Source of the DNA: an uncultured Chloroflexia bacterium | GTDB taxonomy: Bacteria; Chloroflexota; UBA6077; JACCZL01 | Reading direction: 5' to 3' | Assembly: GCA_963765765.1 (NCBI GenBank) | Contig: CAVXYC010000002.1 | Coordinates: 64,001-128,000 of the forward strand | DNA length: 64,000 bases | Shown: positions 19,526 through 29,931 of the stretch, in pieces | Numbering within the stretch: position 1 is the stretch's first letter | How the letters are laid out: each line of letters opens with the position of its first letter | The notes under the pieces: model-generated | Seen by the model: the letters and a program-made list of their open reading frames with translations, nothing else | Told to the model about the DNA's origin: nothing | Database searches by the model: none | Program-made: the position numbers and the translations under genes

Positions 19526-20386
19526 TTAGCTCGTCGGCTGAGCCCGGTACGCCTCGATGATCTCGCTGCCGGTCGCCCACCAGACGTGCTCGTGGCGATT
19601 GATGTAGGCCAGGGCTTCGTCGAGGTATTTGATTCGGTAGGGCACACCGGTGAGATATGGGTGGAGCGCGATGCACATGACCCTGCCGCTGTCCGCGCCT
19701 TCGGCATAGAGCGTGTCGAACTGGTCGGTGATCATCTGCGTGAAGTCGCGTCCCGGCATACCCAGCCGCTCAAACATGCGCTTGTCGTTGAGCTCCATGG
19801 TGTACGGAATTGAATACAGATCGCCGTGCGCGGTTGACATGATGTACGGCTGATCGTCGTTCGTCCAATCCGCAACGTATTCGATGCCGGCTTTCTTGAG
19901 GAGCTCAGGAGTGCGCGCCGTCTCCTGCAGTCCAGGGCCGAGCCAGCCCTTTGGACGCGTGCCGGATGACTCCTCGATGATGCTGAGCGTCTCCATGATG
20001 GTCTGCTCTTCGGTCTCCGCGTCCATGCCAGCCAGCGGACGGCTGTTGGTGAGTCCGTGCCCGAGCCACTCCCAGCCCAGGTTGGTGCCTTCGCGAATGA
20101 TCTCCGGCTCGTATTTGCACACCTCGGCATTGAGCATCACCGACGCTCGGATGCCGTAGCGATCCAGCGTCTTCATCATCCGCCACACCGCCACGCGGTT
20201 GCCGTAGTCTCGCACCGCGTAGCTCGGGACGTCAGGAGGTGCGCTGCGTCCGCCCGGAAACGGCTCGTCGAAATGGAAATGCTCGACGTTGGGCGATACC
20301 CACACCGCGACATGCGCGCCGTTGGGCCAACGGATCGGCGGGCGAGTCGTGATCGGGCTATAGGCGAAACGTCCGTGATCCATCAT
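19526..20386 (-). CDS. Polysaccharide deacetylase family protein (PuuE/allantoinase-like)
   Basis: WPNGAHVAVWVSPNVEHF, DYGNRVAVWR, GWLGPGL, DDQPY, IALHPYLTG. Confidence 0.9.
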   Translation of the reverse strand: MMDHGRFAYSPITTRPPIRWPNGAHVAVWVSPNVEHFHFDEPFPGGRSAPPDVPSYAVRDYGNRVAVWRMMKTLDRYGIRASVMLNAEVCKYEPEIIREGTNLGWEWLGHGLTNSRPLAGMDAETEEQTIMETLSIIEESSGTRPKGWLGPGLQETARTPELLKKAGIEYVADWTNDDQPYIMSTAHGDLYSIPYTMELNDKRMFERLGMPGRDFTQMITDQFDTLYAEGADSGRVMCIALHPYLTGVPYRIKYLDEALAYINRHEHVWWATGSEIIEAYRAQPTS

Positions 20387-20535
20387 GGTGAGTGCTCCTT
20401 GAATTGACAGGGAAAATTTGACGGGTCGATCCTACCAGCGCTCGATCTAGCGGAACTTTTTGCGCAAAGCGTAGATCTCAACTCGGTCTGTCAGGAATTT
20501 CTTCTGATTGGACGGTGAAACACTTCCCATGGGCA

Positions 20536-20626
20536 TTGTCATCCTGAGCGTTTAGCGAAGGAACTTCCCCACCGGAATCCAGGTGATCGACGGGAAAGAT
20601 CCTTCGCTAAACGCTCAGGATGACAA
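20536..20626. repeat. GTCATCCTGAGC-type palindromic element (perfect 27-bp inverted repeat)
   Basis: TTGTCATCCTGAGCGTTTAGCGAAGGA ... TCCTTCGCTAAACGCTCAGGATGACAA. Confidence 0.85.
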
Positions 20627-20671
20627 GTCGCCGGTTACGGTTGCGGTGATCGCAATCAGAGCTCAACGAGA

Positions 20672-21774
20672 TCAGGCACGGCTTGCGGACGCCCCAGCCA
20701 CCGCGGGAATGTTGTTCAGTCCGTAGAACCGATCGGCGTTGCCCGCGAGAATGAGCTCTTTCTCGGCCTGGGTGAGAGACTCTGTTTCCAGAAGCTCCTC
20801 GATCTCGTGCTTGCAGATGTCGTTGTTGACCTCGTGCGGGAAATCGGACGAGAAGACAAAGGCTTCCGCGCCGACCATTTTGGCTAGCTCGGGCAGCGCT
20901 TCTTCATCGCCCTCGCAGCCAATGTACAGACGACCTTCCCTGATGTGCTTGCGGATGTAGTCGCTCACCTTCTCGTCCGGCGCAGGCGTCAGCTCTCCGC
21001 GAGGGTTGTACTGAATGTGCGAGGCATGGGCGCGGTCGAATCGCTCCAGATGCCAGGTGGAGCCAGCCGACCCCGCCTTCCATAAAGCCCCAGCGCGTGT
21101 TGGGGAACTTGTCCAGCACGCCGTTGAAGACAACGCCGGCAAAGTTGACCAACAGGCCGAATGGGTGCCCAAGTGCGCCGACCGGCGTGTACAGGTTCAT
21201 GTGGTCGAATCCGAATCCACTATGTGCTCCACCGTGGATGCCCAGCGCGCACCCGAGCTTGTCGGCGGCTTCGTAGACCGGCCAGAACTCTTTGGCGCCC
21301 AGGTGATCCTTGAGCCCGGTTGAAGGCAGCATAGCGCCGCAGAATCCAAGCTCTTCAACCGCTCGGTGCAGCTCATCCACCGCCGCGGATGGATCCTGCA
21401 TTGGCAGCAGTGCCATGGCCTGGAAACGGGGGCTCCGCGTCAGGTAGGTCTCGTGGACCCAGTTGTTGTACGCGGTGGTCAGCGCGATGGCCCAATCGGC
21501 GTGGAAGATCTTTCCCACGGCCAGACCCTGCGTGGTGTACAGGACGGCGCGGTCGATGCCGACGTCCTCCATGAACTCCACCCAACCGTCCACGCCTACC
21601 GGACGAAATGATCCGGGCGGCGTTTCACCGATGAATGCGTGGAAGTGATCCAGCGGCGGAAACCACCGCGGATTGCTTCGCTGGTTGTACGGAGCCGGGC
21701 AGGAACTTCGTGATGCCGGCCGAGTCCTCCATGATGTGGCCGTCGCCGTCGACGATGCGCGGGGTTGCGGTCAT
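20672..21774 (-). CDS. Amidohydrolase family protein (two frameshifts)
   Basis: MTATPRIVDGDGHIMED start, AYNNW, LGIHGG, FMEGGVGW, FSSDFPHE, spread over three ORFs. Confidence 0.85.
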
Positions 21775-21793
21775 GGGTCTCTCCTCGGTGAAA

Positions 21794-21874
21794 GTGATGA
21801 GTGATGGGTGATGAGTCATGAGCGGAACTCCGTGGCTACTTGTCACTCATCACTCATGACCCATCACTCATTAC
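21794..21874. repeat. Inverted heptamer tandem repeat element
   Basis: GTGATGA GTGATGG GTGATGA GTCATGA ... CACTCAT CACTCAT GACCCAT CACTCAT. Confidence 0.8.
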
Positions 21875-21882
21875 CGGATGGT

Positions 21883-22205
21883 TCAGATTTCGTCCAGTAC
21901 TTCCTTGAGCAGGCGGGCAGCGGTCATGGACGTTGGCCAGCCCGAGTAGAACGCCATGTGTGTGATCACCTCGGCCAGCTCATCCTTGGTCACACCATTG
22001 AACAGCGCACGCTGCAGGTGGCCCTTGAGCTGGTCGCCGCGGTACATGGCGATGAGCGCCGATACGGTAACGAGGCTACGATCACGCTTGGAGAGTCCGG
22101 GCCGCTCCCAGACCTCGCCGTAGACGACCTTCTCGGTGTACTCGATAAGCTGCGGCACGGTGTCGCGACCGCGTCGCGCGCGGCTGTTGACGGTTGCTTT
22201 GCCAT
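21883..22205 (-). CDS. Carboxymuconolactone decarboxylase (CMD) family protein (frameshift near 22165)
   Basis: YGEVWERPGLSKRDRSLVTVSAL, ITHMAFYSGWP. ATG at 22205 has an AGGAGG RBS. Confidence 0.88.
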
Positions 22206-22229
22206 TAGTTGTTACTCCTCCTTTGGCTT

Positions 22230-22303
22230 GGTGGGACGGGCGTCTCTCCTGTCCAGTATCCAGCTGAAACAGCTGCACAGGACAGGCGAGACGCCTGTCC
22301 ACC
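22230..22303. repeat. REPIN-like doublet (GGCGTCTCGCCTGTC type)
   Basis: GGTGGGACGGGCGTCTCTCCTGTCC ... GGACAGGCGAGACGCCTGTCCACC. Confidence 0.75.
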
Positions 22304-22314
22304 GTACGTTGACT

Positions 22315-23212
22315 CTATTTCACGCGCGCGAACTTCTGAACGCGCGCGCCTTCCAGCACCTCGGAGACGTAGATGCAGCCCTCCGAGTCGGTCCAGATGC
22401 CGTGCGGGCCCCAGAACTTGCCCGGGTCGTGGCTGCGCTCGCTGCCCCAGCGACCGATCACGTTGCCCTCCAGGTCCACGATGCTGACGCGGTCGCCCAG
22501 CTCGGCCACGTACATGACTTCGTCCTTGTCCACGTACAGCTTGCACGGCTGGCTGAAGCCGGTCCACATGTCGAGGTACTCGCCGTCGGGCGTGAAGATC
22601 TGGATGCGGTTGTTCTGCGCGATCGGCCACATAGACCTTGCCCTTGTGCTCCCAGACGCTGTGAACGAGATTGAACTGCCCCTCGCCCTGCCCGGCTCTC
22701 CCCAGGACATGAGCAGATTTCCGTCCGGCGTCGTATTTGTGGACCCGGCAGTTTCGGTAGCCATCGGAGACATAGATGTCGCCCGCCGGAGTGATGCTTA
22801 CGTCGGTGGGGTGATGGAACGGCGGGCCGGCGTACAGCACCTTCTTTGTCTCGTCCGTGTAGCCTGTGTCAGACGGCTTCCCCCGCTCGCCGAGCGTCAG
22901 CTTGTGCCGACCGGCGCTGGTGAACTTGAGCACGATCTGCGGGACACGGTCCACGAAGAAAACCGTGTCGTCGGGTGTGATGCACATGCCGTGAGCGTCT
23001 TCGAAGATGCCCCGTCCCCACGATTCGATCAGGTTCCCCGCCTTGTCGAAGACCATGTACGGGTTCTCGGTGCGGGTGAACACGTGCACCTGGTCCTTCG
23101 AGTCGACGGCGACCGCGCCGCACTGGCCCCAGCGCCACCCGGCGGGCAGCTTCCCCCAGCCCTCGACCAGCTCGTACTGTCGTTCCCCAGCATCGATCTT
23201 CATCGCACCCAC
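22315..23212 (-). CDS. NHL-repeat beta-propeller protein (peptidyl-alpha-hydroxyglycine lyase family), frameshifted
   Basis: YELVEGWGKLP, FEDAHG, FHHPTDV, YVSDGYRNCRVHKY, NNRIQIF, FWGPHGIWTDSEG. Confidence 0.88.
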
Positions 23213-23384
23213 CTCTCCGGTGATGGACGACAGCTTACCGCAGGATTGGGATATTGGAAACGTTCAGCCAGAATCCAAGCCGCGACCGTGAACGAGCGGT
23301 TCCTTCTTGCGACGATCCTAGTCTGGGAGCTCGCGAGAATGGAACCGCTCGTTCACGGTCGCGGCTTGGAGGGCGTGGCGCCTG

Positions 23385-24326
23385 CTACTTAAAGATGCTG
23401 AGCGGCAGAAAGGCCGAGACAATCCAGTTGGGCGTGTCCACGACCTCGCTGATCTTGAGATCCACGGCCACGCTGCACAAGATGTACGCGTCCTCACGAC
23501 TCAACCCATACTCGCGGCCAAGGAAGGCGATCATCCGGCGAATGGCGGCCTTGGTCGCCGCCATCAAATCAGGTTCGACGCCGGTTGTGGCATGCCAGCC
23601 GCCGCTGTTGGTGATCGGAGTGAGCGGCCCGCTCGTGCGGAGCTCAGGCGACTCCAGACGCAAATCGGTTCGCAAAGTGAACCGAAGTGTGGAGGTGAGT
23701 CCACACTCGATCGCCGTGACGCAGACCTCGCCGTCTCCTTGCGCGGCATGGCCATCACCGGTGGAGAACAGCGCCCCATCAACCTCTATGGGTAACCACA
23801 GCGTGGATCCGGCGGTGAGCTGCTTGATGTCCATATTGCCGCCCATCCGTCGAGGAGGCATGGTGGAATGCACCCCGGGCTCGGCTGGCGCGAGGCCCAT
23901 GACGCCGAGAAATGGCTCAATGGGCACGGCGATGTCCTTGCCAAACCAGGCTAGATGACCGTCGGAGAGGTCCCAGGCCTTGAGGTGCGGAGCATCGAAT
24001 TCATCACCAAGCAGACCACGGCCGACATTGAAGTACGTGTAGCCCCACGGGACCGTCGAGATATCTAAAACGTCGATCTGAAGGGTGTCGCCGGCGCGCG
24101 CATCGCGTATTGCAACCGGTCCGGTCAATGGATGTCCCATGAACGTGCGGCCGATCAGTGCATCGGCTTTGGAGTCGGGAGCCAGCCAGCCGTCGCCGAC
24201 ACCATACGTGGTGAACCGAACGGCATCCCCTGAGTCAACGGTAAGTAACGGTGCGCGCGAGTTGTCCCAGTTGCGGTGAATCGGCTCAGGTCCGAGCTCA
24301 TGGTCAATGCGGATCTCGGCGGTCAT
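23385..24326 (-). CDS. Acetamidase/formamidase family protein
   Basis: GHPLTGPVAI, PFLGVMG, GGNMDIK, GDGHAAQGDGEVCVTAIE. Confidence 0.92.
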   Translation of the reverse strand: MTAEIRIDHELGPEPIHRNWDNSRAPLLTVDSGDAVRFTTYGVGDGWLAPDSKADALIGRTFMGHPLTGPVAIRDARAGDTLQIDVLDISTVPWGYTYFNVGRGLLGDEFDAPHLKAWDLSDGHLAWFGKDIAVPIEPFLGVMGLAPAEPGVHSTMPPRRMGGNMDIKQLTAGSTLWLPIEVDGALFSTGDGHAAQGDGEVCVTAIECGLTSTLRFTLRTDLRLESPELRTSGPLTPITNSGGWHATTGVEPDLMAATKAAIRRMIAFLGREYGLSREDAYILCSVAVDLKISEVVDTPNWIVSAFLPLSIFK

Positions 24327-24347
24327 ATCATCAGATTCCCTTGTTGC

Positions 24348-24449
24348 GAGCAGAGCCGCATGCCGTAAGGGTGCGGTTCCTACCAGATATCCCCGTGCTG
24401 AACGGGATGCGACGAGGGAACCGCACCCTTACGGCATGCGGCTCTGCTC
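24348..24449. repeat. REPIN-like element, perfect 33-bp inverted repeat
   Basis: GAGCAGAGCCGCATGCCGTAAGGGTGCGGTTCC ... GGAACCGCACCCTTACGGCATGCGGCTCTGCTC. Each arm is itself an imperfect hairpin. Confidence 0.85.
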
Positions 24450-24451
24450 TG

Positions 24452-25561
24452 TCAGTCGCGGATGTCTTGCAGGAACCACTCAGTGGGAAGCTCGCGCCCC
24501 AGGCCTAGCTCCTTGCAGCGTTTGTACACGGCCGCGCCCACCGCTGCGAATTGCAAACCCTGATTCCCGCTATTCAAATAGAGCGTGATGTCCTGGCGGC
24601 TCTGCCGACCTTGTACGCGGCCACTCACGAGGTCGTTGAACGACGGGAACCCACGGCGCGCTCCGAGTGATCCGGACCGGTGACGCTGAGGCAGACGCTG
24701 CTTCTCCTGGTCGTCTCCGGCGATGTAGTCGCCGTTGTTATAACCGTCGCCCATGTGCTCCACGTCTTCATTCCGCGGGTGGCTGTGCGCAACGCCTTGT
24801 TTGAACGTCACGGTGGCGCGGTTGTAGACCTCATCGTCGATCTCGGCCCGAACGTCGGTTACATGTTGGCCGGACTCTAGCCAGGCGCCTTTGAGAGCCG
24901 GCTGCATGGCATTGGTGCAGGCCGCCACGATGTCCGCACCCTGCACGGCTTGCTCGGGTCGCTCCACAGGCTCGATATCCAGCCCCAGCGTTTCGGCCAT
25001 CTCCACGGCGTACGCCTCGCGATTGGCTCGAGTCGGGCTGAATACGCGCACCTTGCGGATATCGCGGACGGCGCAGAAAGCTTGTAGGTATGTCCTGGCC
25101 ATGCCACCGGAGCCGATCATCGCCACCGTGTGCGAGTCTTCTCGCGAGAGATATTTGACGCCCAGTCCAGCCCCGCCGCCTACACGCATGTGCTGGATGA
25201 TCCCATCGTTGATGATCGCCAGCGGCTCGCCGTTGCGCGTACTGAAAAGGAGAACCAGACCACAGTAGAGTCCGGGCTCCACGCAGTATTTGTCCTCCTG
25301 CCAGTTGCCGTGCTCATCCGTGGGCCAGTGGATGATGTCCGACTTCATGCGTATGGCAAAGACTTCGAGGTCCTTGCTGGCGCCTTCCATCGTTCCCCAG
25401 CGGTAGTAGGCGTCAGTGCGCTCAGTAGGGACGTACACATCGATGCGCGGTCGGTGCACGGATGCGCCCGTGGGCAGGCCGCGGAAGGCCACATCTTGCG
25501 CCTCGACGCATTCGGTCATGCTCAACACGCGCTCGACGGTCGGATTGTCGATGAACAGCAT
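24452..25561 (-). CDS. Ornithine cyclodeaminase/mu-crystallin family protein
   Basis: GEPLAIIND..IQHMRVGG, MIGSGGMA NAD-binding motif, GADIVAACTN, GNQGLQFAAVG. Confidence 0.9.
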   Translation of the reverse strand: MLFIDNPTVERVLSMTECVEAQDVAFRGLPTGASVHRPRIDVYVPTERTDAYYRWGTMEGASKDLEVFAIRMKSDIIHWPTDEHGNWQEDKYCVEPGLYCGLVLLFSTRNGEPLAIINDGIIQHMRVGGGAGLGVKYLSREDSHTVAMIGSGGMARTYLQAFCAVRDIRKVRVFSPTRANREAYAVEMAETLGLDIEPVERPEQAVQGADIVAACTNAMQPALKGAWLESGQHVTDVRAEIDDEVYNRATVTFKQGVAHSHPRNEDVEHMGDGYNNGDYIAGDDQEKQRLPQRHRSGSLGARRGFPSFNDLVSGRVQGRQSRQDITLYLNSGNQGLQFAAVGAAVYKRCKELGLGRELPTEWFLQDIRD

Positions 25562-25662
25562 CTCACCACTCCCCCGAGGACTTGGGCCGCATTATAACGA
25601 CCGCCGGACCGCGGTCAGACTTGCGACGTAAGATGGCGATGCGAGCTACGAGGTTCATCGTC

Positions 25663-26133
25663 ATGACTGAGATCACCATGCGCATCAGAGGCCACACATT
25701 GCCAGGGCTCTGGTGCGCTGCCCGAAGCGATGGTGTTCGGGATCCCTACGGCCCTGTTCACGTCGGCATTCAGCGTCAGAAAGAAGTGATCGAGATTATT
25801 CCGGGCGATGCTGCTGAGGCCGTCTACGAGTTCAAGGTGGAAGTGCGGGAAGCTGCCGACGGTTCGCCGCAGTTTCACGGACCGTTCGTGCAGCGTCGAT
25901 TGCCGCAGCAGTTCGTCTACCTGAGCTGGGGAGAGGTGAAGAAGCCCGGCCAATTCGCCATGTTCCGCCGCGCCAAAGTGCATCTCACGTCAATCGACCC
26001 TGCAATCGTCAGGCAAGCTCTGGATAATGGTGGCGTGTTGGAAGGATCGGTAGGTTTGACCGACCGGCGCGGCGATCCACTGTGCGCATCAGTGCGTCCA
26101 CCCGTGATTCGCTGGAGAGCAGTTGGAAAGTAG
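25663..26133 (+). CDS. DUF5990 family protein
   Basis: VHVGIQR, GPFVQ...FVYLSWG...MFRRAK, LTDRRGDPLCASVRPPVIRW. Confidence 0.75.
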   Translation: MTEITMRIRGHTLPGLWCAARSDGVRDPYGPVHVGIQRQKEVIEIIPGDAAEAVYEFKVEVREAADGSPQFHGPFVQRRLPQQFVYLSWGEVKKPGQFAMFRRAKVHLTSIDPAIVRQALDNGGVLEGSVGLTDRRGDPLCASVRPPVIRWRAVGK

Positions 26134-26140
26134 ATGCCGT

Positions 26141-26776
26141 TCAGCGATGGTCGGCGAATGCGAGGCGCAAGCCTAACGCTGCCAGCACGGTGCCCATTAG
26201 CCACTTCTGCGCACGCTCCCACATTGGTCGTTGTGACAGCCAGATCGTGAGCTGACTCGCCACCAGGATGATGAGGCAGTTCACCGTGAGACTGATCGCA
26301 ATCTGCGTGAACCCAAGTTCCAGACTCTGAGCCAGCACGGAGCCCTGCTCGGGCTTTAAGAACTGCGTGAAGATCGACAGGTAAAAGACGGCGATCTTGG
26401 GATTGAGCGCGTTGGTCACGAAGCCCATTGCGAAAAGCCGCTGTCGCGAGTCAGGCGGCAAATCTCGCGCCCGAAAGATCGCCTGACTTCCAGGACGTAC
26501 CGCCTGCCAGGCGAGCCACAGTAGGTACATAGCGCCTGCGATCCGCAATGCGTCATACGCGAACGGGATCGCCAGGAACACCACCGTAAGTCCCGCGGTG
26601 GCAATGAGCATATGGAACAGAAATCCTGCGCCAACGCCTAACAGCGATATGAGCGCGGCGTTCCGTCCCTGACACAGTGATCGAGTCACAAGGTAGATCA
26701 TGTTCGGCCCCGGTGTGAGCACCATGATCAGGGCGGCGAGGGCGAAGAGTGCGAGGTCTGGAGGTGAGACGATCAT
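26141..26776 (-). CDS. LysE/RhtB family translocator
   Basis: LTPGPNM, GAMYLLWLAW, GFVTNALNPK. Confidence 0.92.
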   Translation of the reverse strand: MIVSPPDLALFALAALIMVLTPGPNMIYLVTRSLCQGRNAALISLLGVGAGFLFHMLIATAGLTVVFLAIPFAYDALRIAGAMYLLWLAWQAVRPGSQAIFRARDLPPDSRQRLFAMGFVTNALNPKIAVFYLSIFTQFLKPEQGSVLAQSLELGFTQIAISLTVNCLIILVASQLTIWLSQRPMWERAQKWLMGTVLAALGLRLAFADHR

Positions 26777-26841
26777 GTTTCCCTTGCTTCCAGCGGCTGC
26801 TGAAATGGTAAACCACTCACTACGTGCAGCTCGTGGCCCGA

Positions 26842-27192
26842 TCAGTCTTCGACGATCTGCATCACGGTGATCAGCCCGGCATCATCAAACGTGTAGACGT
26901 GATGGACCGTGTTGTCCAGAAGCAGCTTGCCACTGGGATCGTGAACCACCTGGTGGACCTCAACGTCGATCTGGCCATCGTCTAAGACGTTGACGTGTTC
27001 GGGCGTGACGACTGGGTTAATGATCTTCCATTGCTCGATCCAGTAATCCCGAACCGCGTCGCGTCCATGCAGGCGGCCACCAGCCATGCCGTTTGGCCAA
27101 TCAACGTCGGGGTGTAGCGCATTTAGGACGGTCTCTATCTCGCGAGCGTTGAACGCCCGATACAATGCATCCATAGACTCTCTGGGGGTCAT
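26842..27192 (-). CDS. SnoaL/NTF2-like protein
   Basis: LYRAFNARE, DVDWPNGMAGG..HGRDAVRDYW, VHQVVHD. Confidence 0.85.
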   Translation of the reverse strand: MTPRESMDALYRAFNAREIETVLNALHPDVDWPNGMAGGRLHGRDAVRDYWIEQWKIINPVVTPEHVNVLDDGQIDVEVHQVVHDPSGKLLLDNTVHHVYTFDDAGLITVMQIVED

Positions 27193-27389
27193 TCAGCGCT
27201 TCCATTGAAGAATGATCTCGGAGGAGTGCCTTCGGACCTGGCGAAGCTCATAGTTATGAGAATCCGAGCCGATGGGGTCGGGTACGGCGATGACGAACGT
27301 GGTGTCCGTGATCATGACTGCAGCTCCTCGTCTAGATGGCCGGGAGGTCGCCCTGGCGACCTTGCCTGTTGAACAATGGTTTGCAGTAG

Positions 27390-28343
27390 TCAGATTTGAC
27401 TGGCAACCTCGTTCAGGAAGAGGCGCATCTGCCCAAGGGGATCATGTCCCCGAGCGGTGAGAAACAGTCCGTTGATGCCCGCGGCCTTCCATCTGCGCAC
27501 CTTATCGATGCACTCGGCTCGGCTGCCCACCATGTCATGTCCGTGCGGATCGTCGCTTTCGCGCCCAGGCGGTTGGTCCACTCCAAGCCCGCCGGGACGC
27601 GGCGCATAGCCGGTGCCCGCCACGCGATCGCGCTCCTCGGGGTCCTCGGAGATGTACAGCGCCATTGTTGCCGCGATGGTCGGAAAACTGGATGGGTCTT
27701 TGCCTTCTTCAACGAGGAACCCATCCAGCATCTCTCGGTCTTTCTTGTATTGCTCCGGAGTCTGATGGCCAGGACCCGCGGAGCTGAGCCAGCCATCGGC
27801 GAGCCTGGCCACACGCCTCAATCCGACCTCGCTACCCCAGCTTCCGAGCCAGATCGGCAGGCCCGGTTTCTGGGTCGGAGGTGGCGTAAGGGCGACGCCG
27901 GTCGTGTCGTAGTAGTGGCCCCGGAAGGCCGGCGTGCCCGGCGTGAGATAGGCGCGCATCGCCTGCACTCCCTCCTCGAATCGAGGCCACATCTCACGAG
28001 GGTCCATTCCAACAACTTCGTAATCCCGGAAGAGTGAGCCTGTTCCAACCCCCGCCAGGACGCGGCCGCCAGAGAGAACATCCAGCGTCGCAAGCTGTTT
28101 AGACGTAAGCAGGACGCCGCGCGGTGGAAGGATGAGAACCGATGTGGCCAGTCGCATGCTACCGGCCGCGTGCGCCAGCGCGGCGAACATGCTGAGAGTA
28201 TCCAGTCCCGACTCTAACCGGTCTCCCATGACCAGGTAGTCACATCCCATGTCCGCGGCAGCACGAGCCGAATCTGTGAGACTCTTTAGAGGGTCAGGAT
28301 GCTCCGCGATACCCTCGCGAGGGAGCGTGAATCCGAATTCCAT
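27390..28343 (-). CDS. LLM class flavin (possibly F420)-dependent oxidoreductase
   Basis: RLATSVLILP, LATLDVLSGGRVLAGVGTG, PIWLG, LRRVARLADGW. Confidence 0.9.
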   Translation of the reverse strand: MEFGFTLPREGIAEHPDPLKSLTDSARAAADMGCDYLVMGDRLESGLDTLSMFAALAHAAGSMRLATSVLILPPRGVLLTSKQLATLDVLSGGRVLAGVGTGSLFRDYEVVGMDPREMWPRFEEGVQAMRAYLTPGTPAFRGHYYDTTGVALTPPPTQKPGLPIWLGSWGSEVGLRRVARLADGWLSSAGPGHQTPEQYKKDREMLDGFLVEEGKDPSSFPTIAATMALYISEDPEERDRVAGTGYAPRPGGLGVDQPPGRESDDPHGHDMVGSRAECIDKVRRWKAAGINGLFLTARGHDPLGQMRLFLNEVASQI

Positions 28344-28407
28344 CGGGCCTCCTTCTCATCTGCCATCGACACGGCCCCAATCGGCCATCAGCGCCCTCAG
28401 TCCAGAC

Positions 28408-28854
28408 CTAGTCTGCCTGGTCAGATCGTTCGTGCTTCGCGGACTCGGACGGACGCACGAGGACGTCCAGCGCAATGGCAAGAGTGTGCGACATGGGATA
28501 CAGCAGAAGGGGCAGCCCGAGCATGATCGCGATTGAGCCCCATTGGATCAATGCCCATGGGGGTGTGGGCCAGGTCAGAATAAGCGTGGCGGCGAGGCCC
28601 GCCAGCCAGAGGAGCATTGGGATCACCATATCTAGCGCCATGGACCCAAGCTGATAGCCAGATTCATTGCGCCCCACCACGTGGCCACATCGCGGGCATG
28701 ATTCTTTGATCTTGAACCAGTGTTCAAAGAGCTGGCTGGAGCCGCATATCGGGCAATGGACCAGGATTGCTCGACCAAAAAGGACGAGCGCTGATTGACG
28801 TCGCGGCTTACTCATGGTGTTGGCAATAAAAGTCTGAGCCACTTTATCCGGCAT
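28408..28854 (-). CDS. DUF983 family membrane protein
   Basis: CPICG..LF..WFKIKESCPRCG followed by two TM helices. Confidence 0.75.
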   Translation of the reverse strand: MPDKVAQTFIANTMSKPRRQSALVLFGRAILVHCPICGSSQLFEHWFKIKESCPRCGHVVGRNESGYQLGSMALDMVIPMLLWLAGLAATLILTWPTPPWALIQWGSIAIMLGLPLLLYPMSHTLAIALDVLVRPSESAKHERSDQAD

Positions 28855-28912
28855 GTCGCCAGCCGTGAGCTCGCTGAATCATGACAAAGGCCCTCGCGGA
28901 GAACAATTGAGG

Positions 28913-29521
28913 TTACCGCGGTGTCGACTCGTCTACGTCGAACGGCACCCCATGCCCTGGGACGACGCGATTTGCCACGGATAGGATGCGCACACGATTG
29001 GCATGGAGCGCCGCGGAATCAGTCGCCAATGGATCCTCGATTGCCGCGACACTTGTCCAGAGGTGGGTGAACGCCACGATGCCATCCGAAGTACCGACCA
29101 GTGTGGTGATGTCCTGGGGCGTGTGCCCCGGTGTCTCTATCAGCATGATGGATGGCGCGAGCTCCACACCCTCGGCCGGCCGACTGACCCAGATGTCGCC
29201 GGTATGGTACATGGCCCAGTTGTCGTGAAAGCGCGCATTCGGAAATAACGCCGCGTTCAAGGTGTGGTCTGGATGATGATGACTGAACACGACGTCCGTA
29301 ATCTGGTCCGGCACGACTCCGAGTGCCGCGAGCGGGCTGATGATTAGCTCATGACTGGCCTGGAATCCGGGGTCCACGATCACCAGAGCATCGCCATCGC
29401 GAATGAAGCTCACCGAGGAGCCCACGTGACGCGTACCGTCCGGATCGGCGCGGACGTAGCCGTCGGCCAGAACGAATACTTCTGCCGTTGACTGTGCAGG
29501 TCGCGAGTTTGATGTAGTCAT
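28913..29521 (-). CDS. MBL-fold metallo-hydrolase
   Basis: IVDPG, SHHHPDH, TPGHT, VPGHG. Confidence 0.9.
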   Translation of the reverse strand: MTTSNSRPAQSTAEVFVLADGYVRADPDGTRHVGSSVSFIRDGDALVIVDPGFQASHELIISPLAALGVVPDQITDVVFSHHHPDHTLNAALFPNARFHDNWAMYHTGDIWVSRPAEGVELAPSIMLIETPGHTPQDITTLVGTSDGIVAFTHLWTSVAAIEDPLATDSAALHANRVRILSVANRVVPGHGVPFDVDESTPR

Positions 29522-29569
29522 GGCGCCGAGTATAGCTCAGGAATTCGAGCCCGACTATCTGGTCGTATG

Positions 29570-29899
29570 TCAGTCTCCAGCGGCTCCACAGGATTCGTGA
29601 AGCCAGCCTTTCACTACGGCATCATCGATATCGGACAGTTTCTCGAGCTCCAGATGTGCGTGTAGGTGTCCATGCGCAGATTCGACAGTCTGTTTCCACC
29701 GCGGCGATGGGTCACGCTTACGAAATGAGAGTGTCAGGACAACTGGAGCGGTCCCGCTCTTCAGATATTGCTCCGGGCACCAGACGATGGTGAAATTCCG
29801 CTTGCTCTGGAAGGCGATCTGGCTCTTACTGACGCGAACGGTCGATTCGCCAATAGAGTCGATGGTTCGCTTGATCTCATCGAAAGTTGTCGGCCGCAT
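29570..29899 (-). CDS. DUF5655-like protein
   Basis: VRVSKSQIAF, PEQYL, SPRWKQTVE, HLELEKLSDIDD..KGWL. Confidence 0.6.
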   Translation of the reverse strand: MRPTTFDEIKRTIDSIGESTVRVSKSQIAFQSKRNFTIVWCPEQYLKSGTAPVVLTLSFRKRDPSPRWKQTVESAHGHLHAHLELEKLSDIDDAVVKGWLHESCGAAGD

Positions 29900-29931
29900 T
29901 CGTTGTCAGCAAAGGATTGTTCCGCAGTCAT

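Noticed and set aside
21808-23958. Long opposite-strand ORFs (21808..22674, 22373..23392, 23254..23958) and similar ones such as 39815..40552
   Set aside because: They are antisense shadows of well-supported genes in GC-rich DNA and carry no recognisable motifs.
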